This document shows positions 14,387 through 24,440 of a stretch of DNA of 64,000 nucleotides, piece after piece. How positions within the stretch are numbered: position 1 is the first letter of the stretch; the number at the start of each line of letters is the position of its first letter. The stretch is from Paraphysomonas bandaiensis (Eukaryota > Protista > Chrysophyceae): contig CBFFRP010000578.1 of the NCBI GenBank assembly GCA_965644295.1, forward strand, positions 1-64,000, given 5' to 3'. Under the pieces are notes generated by a model that worked only from the letters and a program-made list of their open reading frames with translations, made no database searches and was not told where the DNA came from. The translations under genes and the position numbers were made by a program.

Positions 14387-14532
14387 GTGTACCTATACGT
14401 ACGTGGGTAGGTACATTTCGGTACAGTATGTAGGTACAGCAGTACAGTAGAGAGTCGTTCATTGTAGTGATCTGGATCCGATTCGTGTTTGCGCTGCATG
14501 ATAGTCGCCCCCTCACTGCTCCCATAGAGCCA

Positions 14533-17500
14533 ATGCAATCACTTACTACCCATTATTTATCTGGTCGTAATTCGGGGTATGGTGTTTCTATCACCAAGTG
14601 TGTGTTGCTGACAGCAGTGGTGTTAACGAGTGTACTCATAGAGGACTCTGCAAGCCAATGGCTCCCTAAGACAACAAGCACTACATCCCTCCCCTCTAAT
14701 CACTTCCAGGTTCATAATGCAAGGAAGTATTTACAAGACCTCACAGCAATGGGCCCTAGAGTGACAGGCAAGATAACGATCATGTCTTATGATGCGCTCA
14801 GCAGATCAGATCAGATCAGTTCAGTTATGATGTGTGTTTACAGGATATCCTGCAAATGAAGTTCAAGCTGTTGATTTTATTTGTCGTACTGTGCGAGAAA
14901 TTAAGGCCAATGCTCCTGAGCATGTTGTAATAGACGTCGATGTTCAGCACCCGTCATCTGAGTTCTACACAGACTTTCTTGGTGGAATAACCAACGTATG
15001 TGCTCGTGGAATATTTATTAATTAGAATAATTAATGTTTTATTAGTTCTACAGCAACCTTACTAACGTTGTAGTGCGCCTAACTTGGCCAAGTATTGGGG
15101 GTTCTGTACCTATAGATCAAAGAAAGGCTGTACTGGTAAACTCGCACTTTGACACAGTGCCGAATAGCCCTGGTGGTGCTGACGATGGCCTTGGAGTAGC
15201 GGCTATGTTAGAAACTTTGCGAGCCTTATCGTCAGGCCCCTCTCTGCGAAATCCTGTTGTATTTCTGTTCAATGGTGCAGAAGAGTCCATACAAATGGTG
15301 CTCTAATCCGTAATGTTTGTACTCTTGTCGTAATGTAATACGAATTTCAGGGTGCACATGGGTTCATAACTCAACATCCTTGGGCAAAATCTGTGCAGTA
15401 CCTTGTTAACTTGGAGTCTATTGGGTCCGGTGGGCGAGAGATGATATTTCAGTGCAATTCCCCTTGGCTGGCTAGGTTCTATGGACTACATGTACCGTAC
15501 CCTCACGCTCATGTACGTCAATTTATGTAACTGTATGTGGTGGAGAGTAATTAAAATACAAAGGTGATTGCGCATGAACTGTTTAAGTATGTGCTCTGGA
15601 GGGCAGCGGCAACGGACTGGTCTACACTATTGACATATGGTCCGTATGTGTGCTATGCTGTATTAGTTATCTTCATAGACTGCCAGGTCCTGCTGGTATG
15701 GTCGGCGTGGACTCCGCGTATGTTAAGAATGGATATGTTTATCACACCAAATTTGATACTGCTGATATTATAAGCGGTATGTAGCCATACATTATGGATA
15801 TTTTGTTCTAATAGGAGAGTTGCAGACGGAACTATAAAGCACACTGGAGACAACCTGGTTGCGCTCGCCAGGGCATTATCTCTCAACCGAGAGTTTCCAT
15901 CGTCGGATATAATCGGAGGACCCTCAGTTTTTTTTGATATATTGGGGACTTGGTTTGTGTCATACAGTGGGACCAGTGTGGCTGCTTTTCATGCCATTGT
16001 TTCCGTAATAGGGCTACTTGCTGTTGTACTTCTTTCTAAAACACACGGTACTCGTGACATGCTTACCCTGTTTTCTCTTCTCCGAGACGAAATTTATTGC
16101 ATTGTAATACCTACTATTATTGGTGCAGTTGTGGGTTTTTTGGCGTGGTTTATTGCTCCTATGCGGTGGTACGATGGTGGTACATTAGTTGCAGTTTTGT
16201 TGTATGTACCCCCTGCTGTACTGTCTATAATATATGTGAGAGGGAAAATGACAGCACGACATCACTGCAATACAGAAGCACGACTGCAGGGATCACTTTT
16301 TTTCTGGTCTATTCTTCTGATAATACTGACAGCTTGTGGTATTATGAGTGCCTATCTCTGTTGCCTGTGGATATGCGCCATTGTTGGAGCGCTGGTGTTG
16401 TGTAGATGGATCTCGCGTTGTATAACATTCTTGCGTGTATCAAAGTTTCGAAAGCCTAATGTCTTCGTTTTCCATATTCGCAACGCTCTTGTAGCTGTGT
16501 CTGGTCACGTTTATGAAGTTGTCTTAATTCCAGTTTTGTGCTTGTGGTGCAATCTTGTGCATACAGTGTTGACTATGCTAATCCCGCTGCTAGGGAAGAC
16601 AGGAACTGTAACTCCGGGAGATCCTATTCTCGGTGCCATAATTGGTTTGTTTATTGCTTTACCTGCGGGTGCAGTATTACCACATACAGTGCGTGGGCCA
16701 ATTAGTGATCGTATATTGTCATTCGGGGTGGTGATGATTCTCATTTTTGTTGTTGCATCATCACAACTGAGCGCCTACTCCTCGCTTCACCCCAAACGGA
16801 TGTGGATTCAGCACATTCACCGACACATTACTGATGCAAACGGGATAGTACATAGTGATCATGGAATCTGGATAAGCGCATTTGATGGGATGGGTATGAG
16901 TCCATTTTCAAAACCAATATTCAGAGGTACTGAAACAGGCGTGCCAAATGTATTGCAGGAATCACGATTAAGTTCTAATCCCTGTAAATCGGCGATAAGT
17001 GATTGTTATTTTGAACTTCCGTGGGTTTACCCAGTTGCTGATGCCATCAGAGATTCGTACTACATTCCTACCACTAATCCCCCGGTAATATCTGCTAACG
17101 AGGTAATTCGAAATTTATGTCGTGTCTGTGATAAAATGATTTTGGGTGCCAGATTCTCAGTGTGCATCACAGTACTAGTACCGAGAACACTGCAAATTTG
17201 ATGAAACATGACTACAGAATAGTTAATATAGAGATTAGTGGCCCTCCACATATGAACATTATACTTGATGACAGCTCGCGGGGTAATCGTATCCTGGGGT
17301 GGTCACTGTCATCTACTAGTCGATCTATTCGCAAGCAATGGACACCACCCTCACCAGTGCGCTTTGAGGGAGTGCACTATATGCAAATAGGGTTTGGATT
17401 ATGTCCATCCAAAAAATGCAAGAAAATTCTTTCTTTAAAAGTATTCGGCGAAGATGCAGTTCGAATAGCTGTTTATGGGCATTATATGGACAATGATGAT

Positions 17501-17596
17501 TCTGAAATTCTGGAGTTGGTAAATATGCTTCCGTTGTGGGCTAAAGGTGCGGAATGGACTCGTTATCCGAGTGTCCTAATATCGCAATACATATAA
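14533..17596 (+). CDS. ERMP1: ER metallopeptidase 1-like, M28 family membrane peptidase (multi-exon)
   Basis: GPRVTG..NE, LVNSHFDTV, GGADDG, FLFNGAEE, GAHGFITQHPW, VNLESIGSGG, GYVYHTKFD, about 8 TM segments, HPKR motif. Confidence 0.9.
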
Positions 17597-18093
17597 ATAC
17601 TCGTATGTATCGAAATAAATATTCAAATGGACATCTTGACATATGTCTCTGTTGTGCATTTTTACCTGATTATCTCTTCATGGTGCTTTAAATATAGTTT
17701 TGAGACCTTTTTGAATCCGTCTATCAGTTAAAATGTTAGATGAAGTACTTTGATCGCTATATTTTAATGAAATGGATTAATTTTTGTTACGGTAAGATCG
17801 GTGTCTTAACCGACTGTGCAACAATTGAAAAGTAAATTAATATCAGTTCATTCCACTATACTTGTACCTTGTACCATTATTTAACCCTAAATACCTTGTG
17901 TTAGTTCTGTTATGTGAAGTCAATGTGTTAAAGACGTATATAGTTATATTTAACCACGGGTGTTGGAATACGTATGGTTCTCTAAGATAGTACTGTAGAA
18001 TACGTTAAATACAATGTGAAAAACAGTACTACGTAGTCAATACTCAAAGGTGCTATATAGCTATAACATAACAGAAGTTGACATTATTTGCTA

Positions 18094-19813
18094 TATTGAA
18101 TGTCTGATTATTTAGCAATAGGCGTTGAAAGCCTGCACCAATTAGTGGCTAGAAGAATGCTAGTCATACTAGTTAGACTACTACCCGTAACTAATCAATA
18201 CAAACTCTTTTATCCTACTATTTAACGCTACAGAAGCTGCTTGTGCGTCGCCGCAAGCACCAAGGTGCAACCACTTCCGTTCTTAGTGTGTGTTATGAGG
18301 CTCGCCATGATCGTGTGTCCTGGGACTCACCGGCGCGTGTGATCTGGAGGTCTCCTCTTGGGATGAGACTCCACTCGCTATATGATAGATAGCCTTATGT
18401 ACCTCACGGGGACTGACTTATTAGCCTTATGGCAGTTAGGGGAAACAGTAATATGCCCTTCTGAGATTGGCGATCTGGTGGCCTTCCTTTAGGCATTGTT
18501 CCAAGTGGCTCGGAGGTATGTGGATGAAGGTCTTGCAAAAGGTTATGGCCTACTGTGAAGAAGCGTCGAAATAGGCTCTTTTGCTGTCTTAGCCAGCGGT
18601 AGAGAACACATGCAAGAGGGTGTATAGCTGTACAGGGGTGGGATATGAGGGTCATCCGGTGTGTCCAGCAACAGGGAGTCGAGAGGGAGTGTGATGGTGC
18701 AAAAGAGGCAACATCTGATTGAGGAGAGGGGGACTGCGCAACAGAACTAGGTCTGCCAAGGTCGGGTACTCTGATAGACCTATGCACGAGATGATGATGA
18801 TGATGGTCTGGAGGAGAGACTCGGACGTCCTCAGCTACCCTTGTTAGTGTCTGTGTTGGTGCAGGGGGGTACAGGCTGAGGCATAGAGTGTGTGTGGAAG
18901 GAAGATGACGGCAAGGTGTCAGAGACGGAGGGAGGGGAGATGGTTTGTCTGGAGGTTCTCGAGGAGGAGGTAGAGTGTAAGGTGCGTGTGTATGACAGTG
19001 CAGCGGTGCTATGAGTGTGTTGGACAGAGAGAAGAGCCTGTACTGCAGGTATACAGGTACAAGTACATGGTGATGTGTCCAACAGTACAGGTATACAGGT
19101 ACATGGACAGGTACATGGGACGAAGTGAGCTGTGTGGTGTACTGCAGTATATTTGCACCGTATTGGAATGGTATACATCCTGTAGGACACAGTAGTACAG
19201 TAGTCGGGTATACCGTATGCGGAATACTGTGTCCATCCAATGAGATGTGTGGGCTGTGGGGATGATAGGCGAACAGGGTGAGGGGGTGCTCTGCTTGGTG
19301 CATAGACGCACAGACTAACCATGCTGGGTTGGTTTGTGCGGTCGTCAAGAAATGGTCCTGTCTTACAAGGTAGCGGGGCCGATGGAGAACATGGGTGTTA
19401 GCGAATGAACAAGTGGACCGTTTTCGAGTGCCTACCCGCACGAGCCATGCGATGAGTGGTTGTAACCGTAGAGAACGGTGTGTGAGACAGATGCGTCTAC
19501 AAGGGAGATGTCCAATAGGAACAGACAGCGCTGCAGTGGTGCAGGCACTTGGTTTAACTGACGGCGTTAGTGAGGAGAGTGGTTGCAAAGCCACGTTATC
19601 AAACGGGGAGCGTGTACAACATGGTAAGACAAGATGTTTGTCGGCAGTGTGGTGTGTTTCAAAATGTTGCCCTGCTTGGAGAGAAGGGAACAGTCTGAGC
19701 CCGGACCCGCTGATGGGACACAACCACGGTCTCAATGGAGACATTGAGCTTGGAGCGAGCTAAAAAGGTATAACTTTTTGTTGAACTGTGTTTTTACCAG
19801 AAGAGGAAGAGAA
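18094..19813 (-). mobile_element. 1.72-kb non-autonomous retroposon, copy A
   Basis: 15-bp TSD TGACATTATTTGCTA at 18079-18093 and 19814-19828; empty-site paralog near 44407; homologous end to end with copy B. Confidence 0.92.
18404..19744 (-). CDS. 446-codon His/Pro/Leu-rich ORF of retroposon copy A, no recognisable domain
   Basis: ATG about 70 nt from the element 5' end; same start and stop as in copy B; protein function unproven. Confidence 0.45.
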   Translation of the reverse strand: MSPLRPWLCPISGSGLRLFPSLQAGQHFETHHTADKHLVLPCCTRSPFDNVALQPLSSLTPSVKPSACTTAALSVPIGHLPCRRICLTHRSLRLQPLIAWLVRVGTRKRSTCSFANTHVLHRPRYLVRQDHFLTTAQTNPAWLVCASMHQAEHPLTLFAYHPHSPHISLDGHSIPHTVYPTTVLLCPTGCIPFQYGANILQYTTQLTSSHVPVHVPVYLYCWTHHHVLVPVYLQYRLFSLSNTLIAPLHCHTHAPYTLPPPREPPDKPSPLPPSLTPCRHLPSTHTLCLSLYPPAPTQTLTRVAEDVRVSPPDHHHHHLVHRSIRVPDLGRPSSVAQSPSPQSDVASFAPSHSLSTPCCWTHRMTLISHPCTAIHPLACVLYRWLRQQKSLFRRFFTVGHNLLQDLHPHTSEPLGTMPKGRPPDRQSQKGILLFPLTAIRLISQSP

Positions 19814-20514
19814 TGACATTATTTGCTAAGGTTTACTATTCTCAACTGATAAGATGAAATTATAAACATTACATGATAAAGAACCTAAGTTGTGTTCGAT
19901 GTGTTCAACACCATTCATTTACTACTATAGTGTACAAACCACACACTCAGTGATCGTATCCTGTATAGTCATCCACTTCTACTTCAGTTTCATACTACAT
20001 AATATAATGTACTAATTACATATATATCTTTCGATCCTTGCATCTCACATAATACTGCACTCAATTGCAAGTATATAGAATCTTCAGATCTCAACATAAC
20101 ATTGAAACTGAAGTATTATATCATGACGATTCAAGATACGGAAGATGAGCAGTGGTTTACATGAACGAAATAATTTGTTAGCATTGGACATTTATTTCAC
20201 TGAAGTTAACTTTGCTCTACATGTAAACCTTAATCTTGCTGTTGAACACAATGCACTTTCAAGTAAGAAATCATAATTATTATTCTGAACACTCCACTAC
20301 ATATTCGTGTAACATATGTTGAAACATCTGTCCTCAGCAACATCTGTTTCTCATGTTCTTCAGTCAGTTCTATATCTTGTATAGTCACACATCAGTAACT
20401 GAATTTAATTCCTTTGTAACTATAATCACCGGTTACACCTATGAGTTGACACTACCTATTGCACACAGATAACTCACTTCAATTGCACAATATAGATCAC
20501 ATCATATTGCAGAA

Positions 20515-21160
20515 CTCAACACTCCCACTCAATTGGATGTAGTTAACCATTCTAAAATTTGTGAAGAACATTGCTATCGGATACGCAACCACCGAACCTC
20601 ATAGGACACTGGTGGACGTATGACTCCGCTGGTATAGCTAGCTCCCACCATTCATTCACACCTAACTAGTTACGACGAGCTCTCTTTACCTTGGGTACCT
20701 CTGCGATAATTTGTTCCCCCAAGATTTCGCTCCCTCTGTTCAATGAATATTGGACCACACAAAGCCTTGGTATATATATCAGCCACCTGTTGTCGATTGC
20801 TCACATGAATTAACTTCGCGGTATTAAACTGTTCGGGATCTACATGCTCTTTAATCATATGATACTTAATCTCAATATGTTTTGATCGTTGATGTTGCAT
20901 TGGATTTTCCGATATATCCTGAGCACTTTTTGACTATCCAGGAATAATGGTGTGGGCTCGTCAATTTTCAACCCTACTTCTCCAGTCACCCCCCGAGACC
21001 ATATCATTTCCTGTAATCCGTTATATAAGCATTGATACTCTGCTTGCATAGTCGATGTAGCTACAGTAGACTGAAGTTTGGAAACCCACGATAGTGGCCC
21101 TCCAGCTCCAAACATAACAATATTATTGTAATACATTTTGTTGCTGCGAATGTACACGAC
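20515..21160 (-). mobile_element. Ty1/copia remnant: frameshifted RNase H, polypurine tract and start of 3' LTR
   Basis: LSWVSKLQSTVATSTMQAEY, RSKHIEIKYHMIKE, QVADIYTKAL; frameshift near 20930; minus strand TGAGTGGGAG followed by TGTTGAG at 20521. Confidence 0.88.
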
Positions 21161-21769
21161 TGTATTCTTCGTCCTGAGAGTAGTGCTGCATAATTAATAT
21201 ATTATATTTTGGTATTATGGACCGATTGATGATATGGTGCACCGCACATGGAGTTATTCAATCATTTTTCTATTTTCCGAAGTGTTGTTTTGCCACAGCA
21301 GCAGTAGCGACCTCGAATGTGGCGGCGGTTCCTGGATGAAAGATTTAACTGCAGGACACGACGATTTCCCCAATCGAAGTGGAGGAAACACCGCCGCAGC
21401 TGCAATCATTGATAGATCAAACACTGTTATCGATTTCTCATAACAGAAAAATAGAAGATACGTTCCTATAACTGATGACACGATGACACCTAATTTCTAA
21501 AATTCAGAAAAGAAATATTTTTGAGATATAAGAGATTAAGAGAGCTGTAGGCCTCCCCCAGAGAGAGAGGGAGCTCCCTTACCTCCCCGGTAAAGAGAGA
21601 GGGAGCTTAAAATTGTCATTTTTCAGATTCTAGGAATTTGCCCCCACAGGTGTCATCGTGTCACCAGAAGGGGATTTGACGTAGATTTTATATGATAGCA
21701 TCGTAACTCTCGTGTTGACACCAAAATAATTCACGTGCCTAAACCAGTATACCCCTTTAGTGTATACCA

Positions 21770-21845
21770 ACACACGTGTCGCTTCAGACAGACTGCAACC
21801 ATGCCTTCTGTGAGGACTGCTTACAGAATCTCTATAATACAACTG
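21770..21845 (+). pseudogene. RING-finger-like fragment
   Basis: TDCNHAFCEDCL matches the C-x-H-x-F-C-x2-C core of C3HC4 RINGs; flanking Cys pairs not found in frame. Confidence 0.45.
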
Positions 21846-22176
21846 AAGATGTTGAAAAAATGAATAAGATGAGTCCAGCAAGTAAAATTAATTATCTATC
21901 TAACAAATCTTGCATCTATTCAGAAAAAAATTATCTCTTTAATGGAACTCGAAAGGCACAATAATCCGTTAGAACCTGCTGCCCCTATTGTAATGCCAGA
22001 TGAATATGATGTTTTGGTTTCCGACATCAGGGAAACAGATTTCGTTGATATTGGATCAGAATTGGGTGTCGGTAGGTTAACGCCAACAGATATTGATAAA
22101 ATTTCTTTCCCAGTTGATGGAATTATGTTTGGAGGCTCAACAAGAATATTCGTTCCGTTAATAGTAACAATAAGAA

Positions 22177-23893
22177 TATATATTGAATGTCTGATTATTT
22201 AGCAATAGGCGTTGAAAGCCTGCACCAATTAGTGGCTAGAAGAATGCTAGTCATACTAGTTAGACTACTACCCGTAACTAATCAATACAAACTCTTTTAT
22301 CCTACTATTTAACGCTACAGAAGCTGCTTGTGCGTCGCCGCAAGCACCAAGGTGCAACCACTTCCGTTCTTAGTGTGTGTTATGAGGCTCGCCATGATCG
22401 TGTGTCCTGGGACTCACCGGCGCGTGTGATCTGGAGGTCTCCTCTTGGGATGAGACTCCACTCGCTATATGATAGATAGCCTTATGTACCTCACGGGGAC
22501 TGACTTATTAGCCTTATGGCAGTTAGGGGAAACAGTAATATGCCCTTCTGAGATTGGCGATCTGGTGGCCTTCCTTTAGGCATTGTTCCAAGTGGCTCGG
22601 AGGTATGTGGATGAAGGTCTTGCAAAAGGTTATGGCCTACTGTGAAGAAGCGTCGAAATCGGCTCTTTTGCTGTCTTAGCCAGCGGTAGAGAACACATGC
22701 AAGAGGGTGTATAGCTGTACAGGGGTGGGATGTGAGGGTCATCCGGTGTGTCCAGCAACAGGGAGTCGAGAGGGAGTGTGATGGTGCAAGAGAGGCAACA
22801 TCTGATTGAGGAGAGTGAGACTGCGCAACAGAACAAGAGTCACTGAGGTCGAGTACTCTGATAGACCTATGCACGAGATGATCGTCATGATGATGATGGT
22901 CTGGAGGAGACACTCGGACGTCCTCAGCTGCCCTTGTTAGTGTCTGTGTTAGTGCAGGGGGGTACAGGCTGAGGCATAGAGTATGTGTGGAAGGAAGATG
23001 ACGGCAAGGTATCAGAGACGAAGGGAGAGGCGATAGTTTGTCTGGGGGTTTTCTAGGAGGAGGTAGAGTGTACTGTGTGTGTGTATGACACTGCAGTGGT
23101 GTTATGAGTGTGTTGGACAGAGAGAGAGAGCTGGTGATGTGTCCAACAGTACAGGTAGACAGGTACATGGACATGGTGATGTGTCCAGCAGTACAGGTAG
23201 ACAGGTACATGGACATGGTGATGTGTCCAACAGCAGTAGAGGTATACACGGAATGGTATACATCCTGTAGGACACAGTAGTACAGTAGTCGAGTATACCG
23301 TATGCGGAATACAGTGTCTATCCAATGAGATGGATGGGCTGTGGGGGTGATAGGTGAACAGGGTGAGGGGGTAGCCTGCTGGGTGGATGGACCACAGACA
23401 AACCATGTTGGGTTGGGCTGGGTTGTCGTCAGGAGACGGCCCTGTTGTGCAGTGGAGAGGTGTCGAGAGGAGACAGGGGTTGCAGAGAAGGTACATGGGG
23501 GCCGTTTGCGTGGATCTGCTCGCACGAGCCATGCTGTAAGTGGTTGTATCCGTAGAGAACCGTGTAGGAGACGAAGGTGTCTCCTTAGGTGATAGCATAT
23601 GCATGCGGTCAGCGCTGCATTGGTGCAGGCACGTTGTTTAACTGAAGTAGTTGAGTAGGGTGAAGGTTGCAAGGCCAGGCAGGGGGGCTTGGAGCGTGTA
23701 CAACATGGTGTGACAGGTAATTTGTCGGAAGCGTGGTGGTCAACAAAATGCAGCAGTAAGGGAGTGTAAAAGGCCCTGGGCACACTGATGTGACTCAGCC
23801 ACGTTCTCAATAGAGACATTGGGCTTGGAGCTGGTTAATAGGGTGAAACTTTATGTTGGACTGTATTTGCCATCGTAGGGCAGAGAATTTTTC
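22177..23893 (-). mobile_element. 1.72-kb non-autonomous retroposon, copy B
   Basis: 11-bp TSD AACAATAAGAA at 22166-22176 and 23894-23904; (TA)n tail; interrupts a reading frame. Confidence 0.93.
22491..23819 (-). CDS. 442-codon ORF of retroposon copy B
   Basis: Colinear with ORF 18404-19744; contains about 42-bp tandem repeats near 23133-23240. Confidence 0.45.
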   Translation of the reverse strand: MSLLRTWLSHISVPRAFYTPLLLHFVDHHASDKLPVTPCCTRSKPPCLALQPSPYSTTSVKQRACTNAALTACICYHLRRHLRLLHGSLRIQPLTAWLVRADPRKRPPCTFSATPVSSRHLSTAQQGRLLTTTQPNPTWFVCGPSTQQATPSPCSPITPTAHPSHWIDTVFRIRYTRLLYYCVLQDVYHSVYTSTAVGHITMSMYLSTCTAGHITMSMYLSTCTVGHITSSLSLSNTLITPLQCHTHTQYTLPPPRKPPDKLSPLPSSLIPCRHLPSTHTLCLSLYPPALTQTLTRAAEDVRVSPPDHHHHDDHLVHRSIRVLDLSDSCSVAQSHSPQSDVASLAPSHSLSTPCCWTHRMTLTSHPCTAIHPLACVLYRWLRQQKSRFRRFFTVGHNLLQDLHPHTSEPLGTMPKGRPPDRQSQKGILLFPLTAIRLISQSP

Positions 23894-24440
23894 AACAATA
23901 AGAACAACATCTATTGTTGTGATATTCCTTTTTGACACAAGTTCACCTAATTCATATCTGCGTACGGACACGCTTTTTGCTTTAGGCTTTACTGAAAGTA
24001 TACCAGGCTCAACAAACGTGGACATACATGGGACGTCATTGAATGTACATCATTCACAGAGCCATTTTGAAAATGTTGATCTATTAGGACAAGATTTCAT
24101 GAGGGGAGCAGGGATCGAGGCTGTTTTAAGGTATTCGCGTATGTCAGTAACATTTGCAAAGGCCAAATGTTGATCTATTGGGTTGGAGAAAAAATCTGAT
24201 TTGTTGAGTTTAAGTAATTGATTAATTGTAGAGGGTAGAGGGGTATACCGGTTTACATAGCATGGTCACAGCATATTTAAAAAGGGATATAGATTTAGCA
24301 TGTAGATAGAGTTTACTATTTAACCGTTGGTTGTTGGTGGGTGCAATGCTATTGTACCAGACAAACTCTAGAGAAAGAAAAAAGAACTTCGTAAATAAAA
24401 ATTCACGAAAAGTTAAATTAGCAGCTTCTCTGTATCAATT

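Larger units (their letters stand above)
18068..20096. repeat. LTR-like dispersed repeat ending TCTCAACA, split by the 18094-19813 insertion
   Basis: 18068-18093 plus 19829-20096 rejoin to match the uninterrupted copy at about 44396-44706; left boundary unresolved (TGTTGG at 17961 possible). Confidence 0.75.
21942..24173 (+). pseudogene. Retropepsin-like aspartyl protease gene (167 aa when rejoined) disrupted by retroposon copy B
   Basis: Removing 22177-23904 restores the frame IVTIR|TTSIVVIFLFDTSSPNSYL...VDLLGQDFM. Confidence 0.85.

Noticed and set aside
14049-14538. YIHT/MYVC-repeat ORFs
   Set aside because: Translations of the (GTAT)n microsatellite
18097-18135. Hammerhead ribozyme (CTGATTA...GAAA) as in retrozymes or Penelope elements
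   Set aside because: Core would need CUGANGA; G8 is missing, no stem II, and it is on the antisense strand
23133-23240. Tandem ~42-bp repeats as a CRISPR-like array
   Set aside because: No unique spacers; eukaryotic context; ordinary minisatellite
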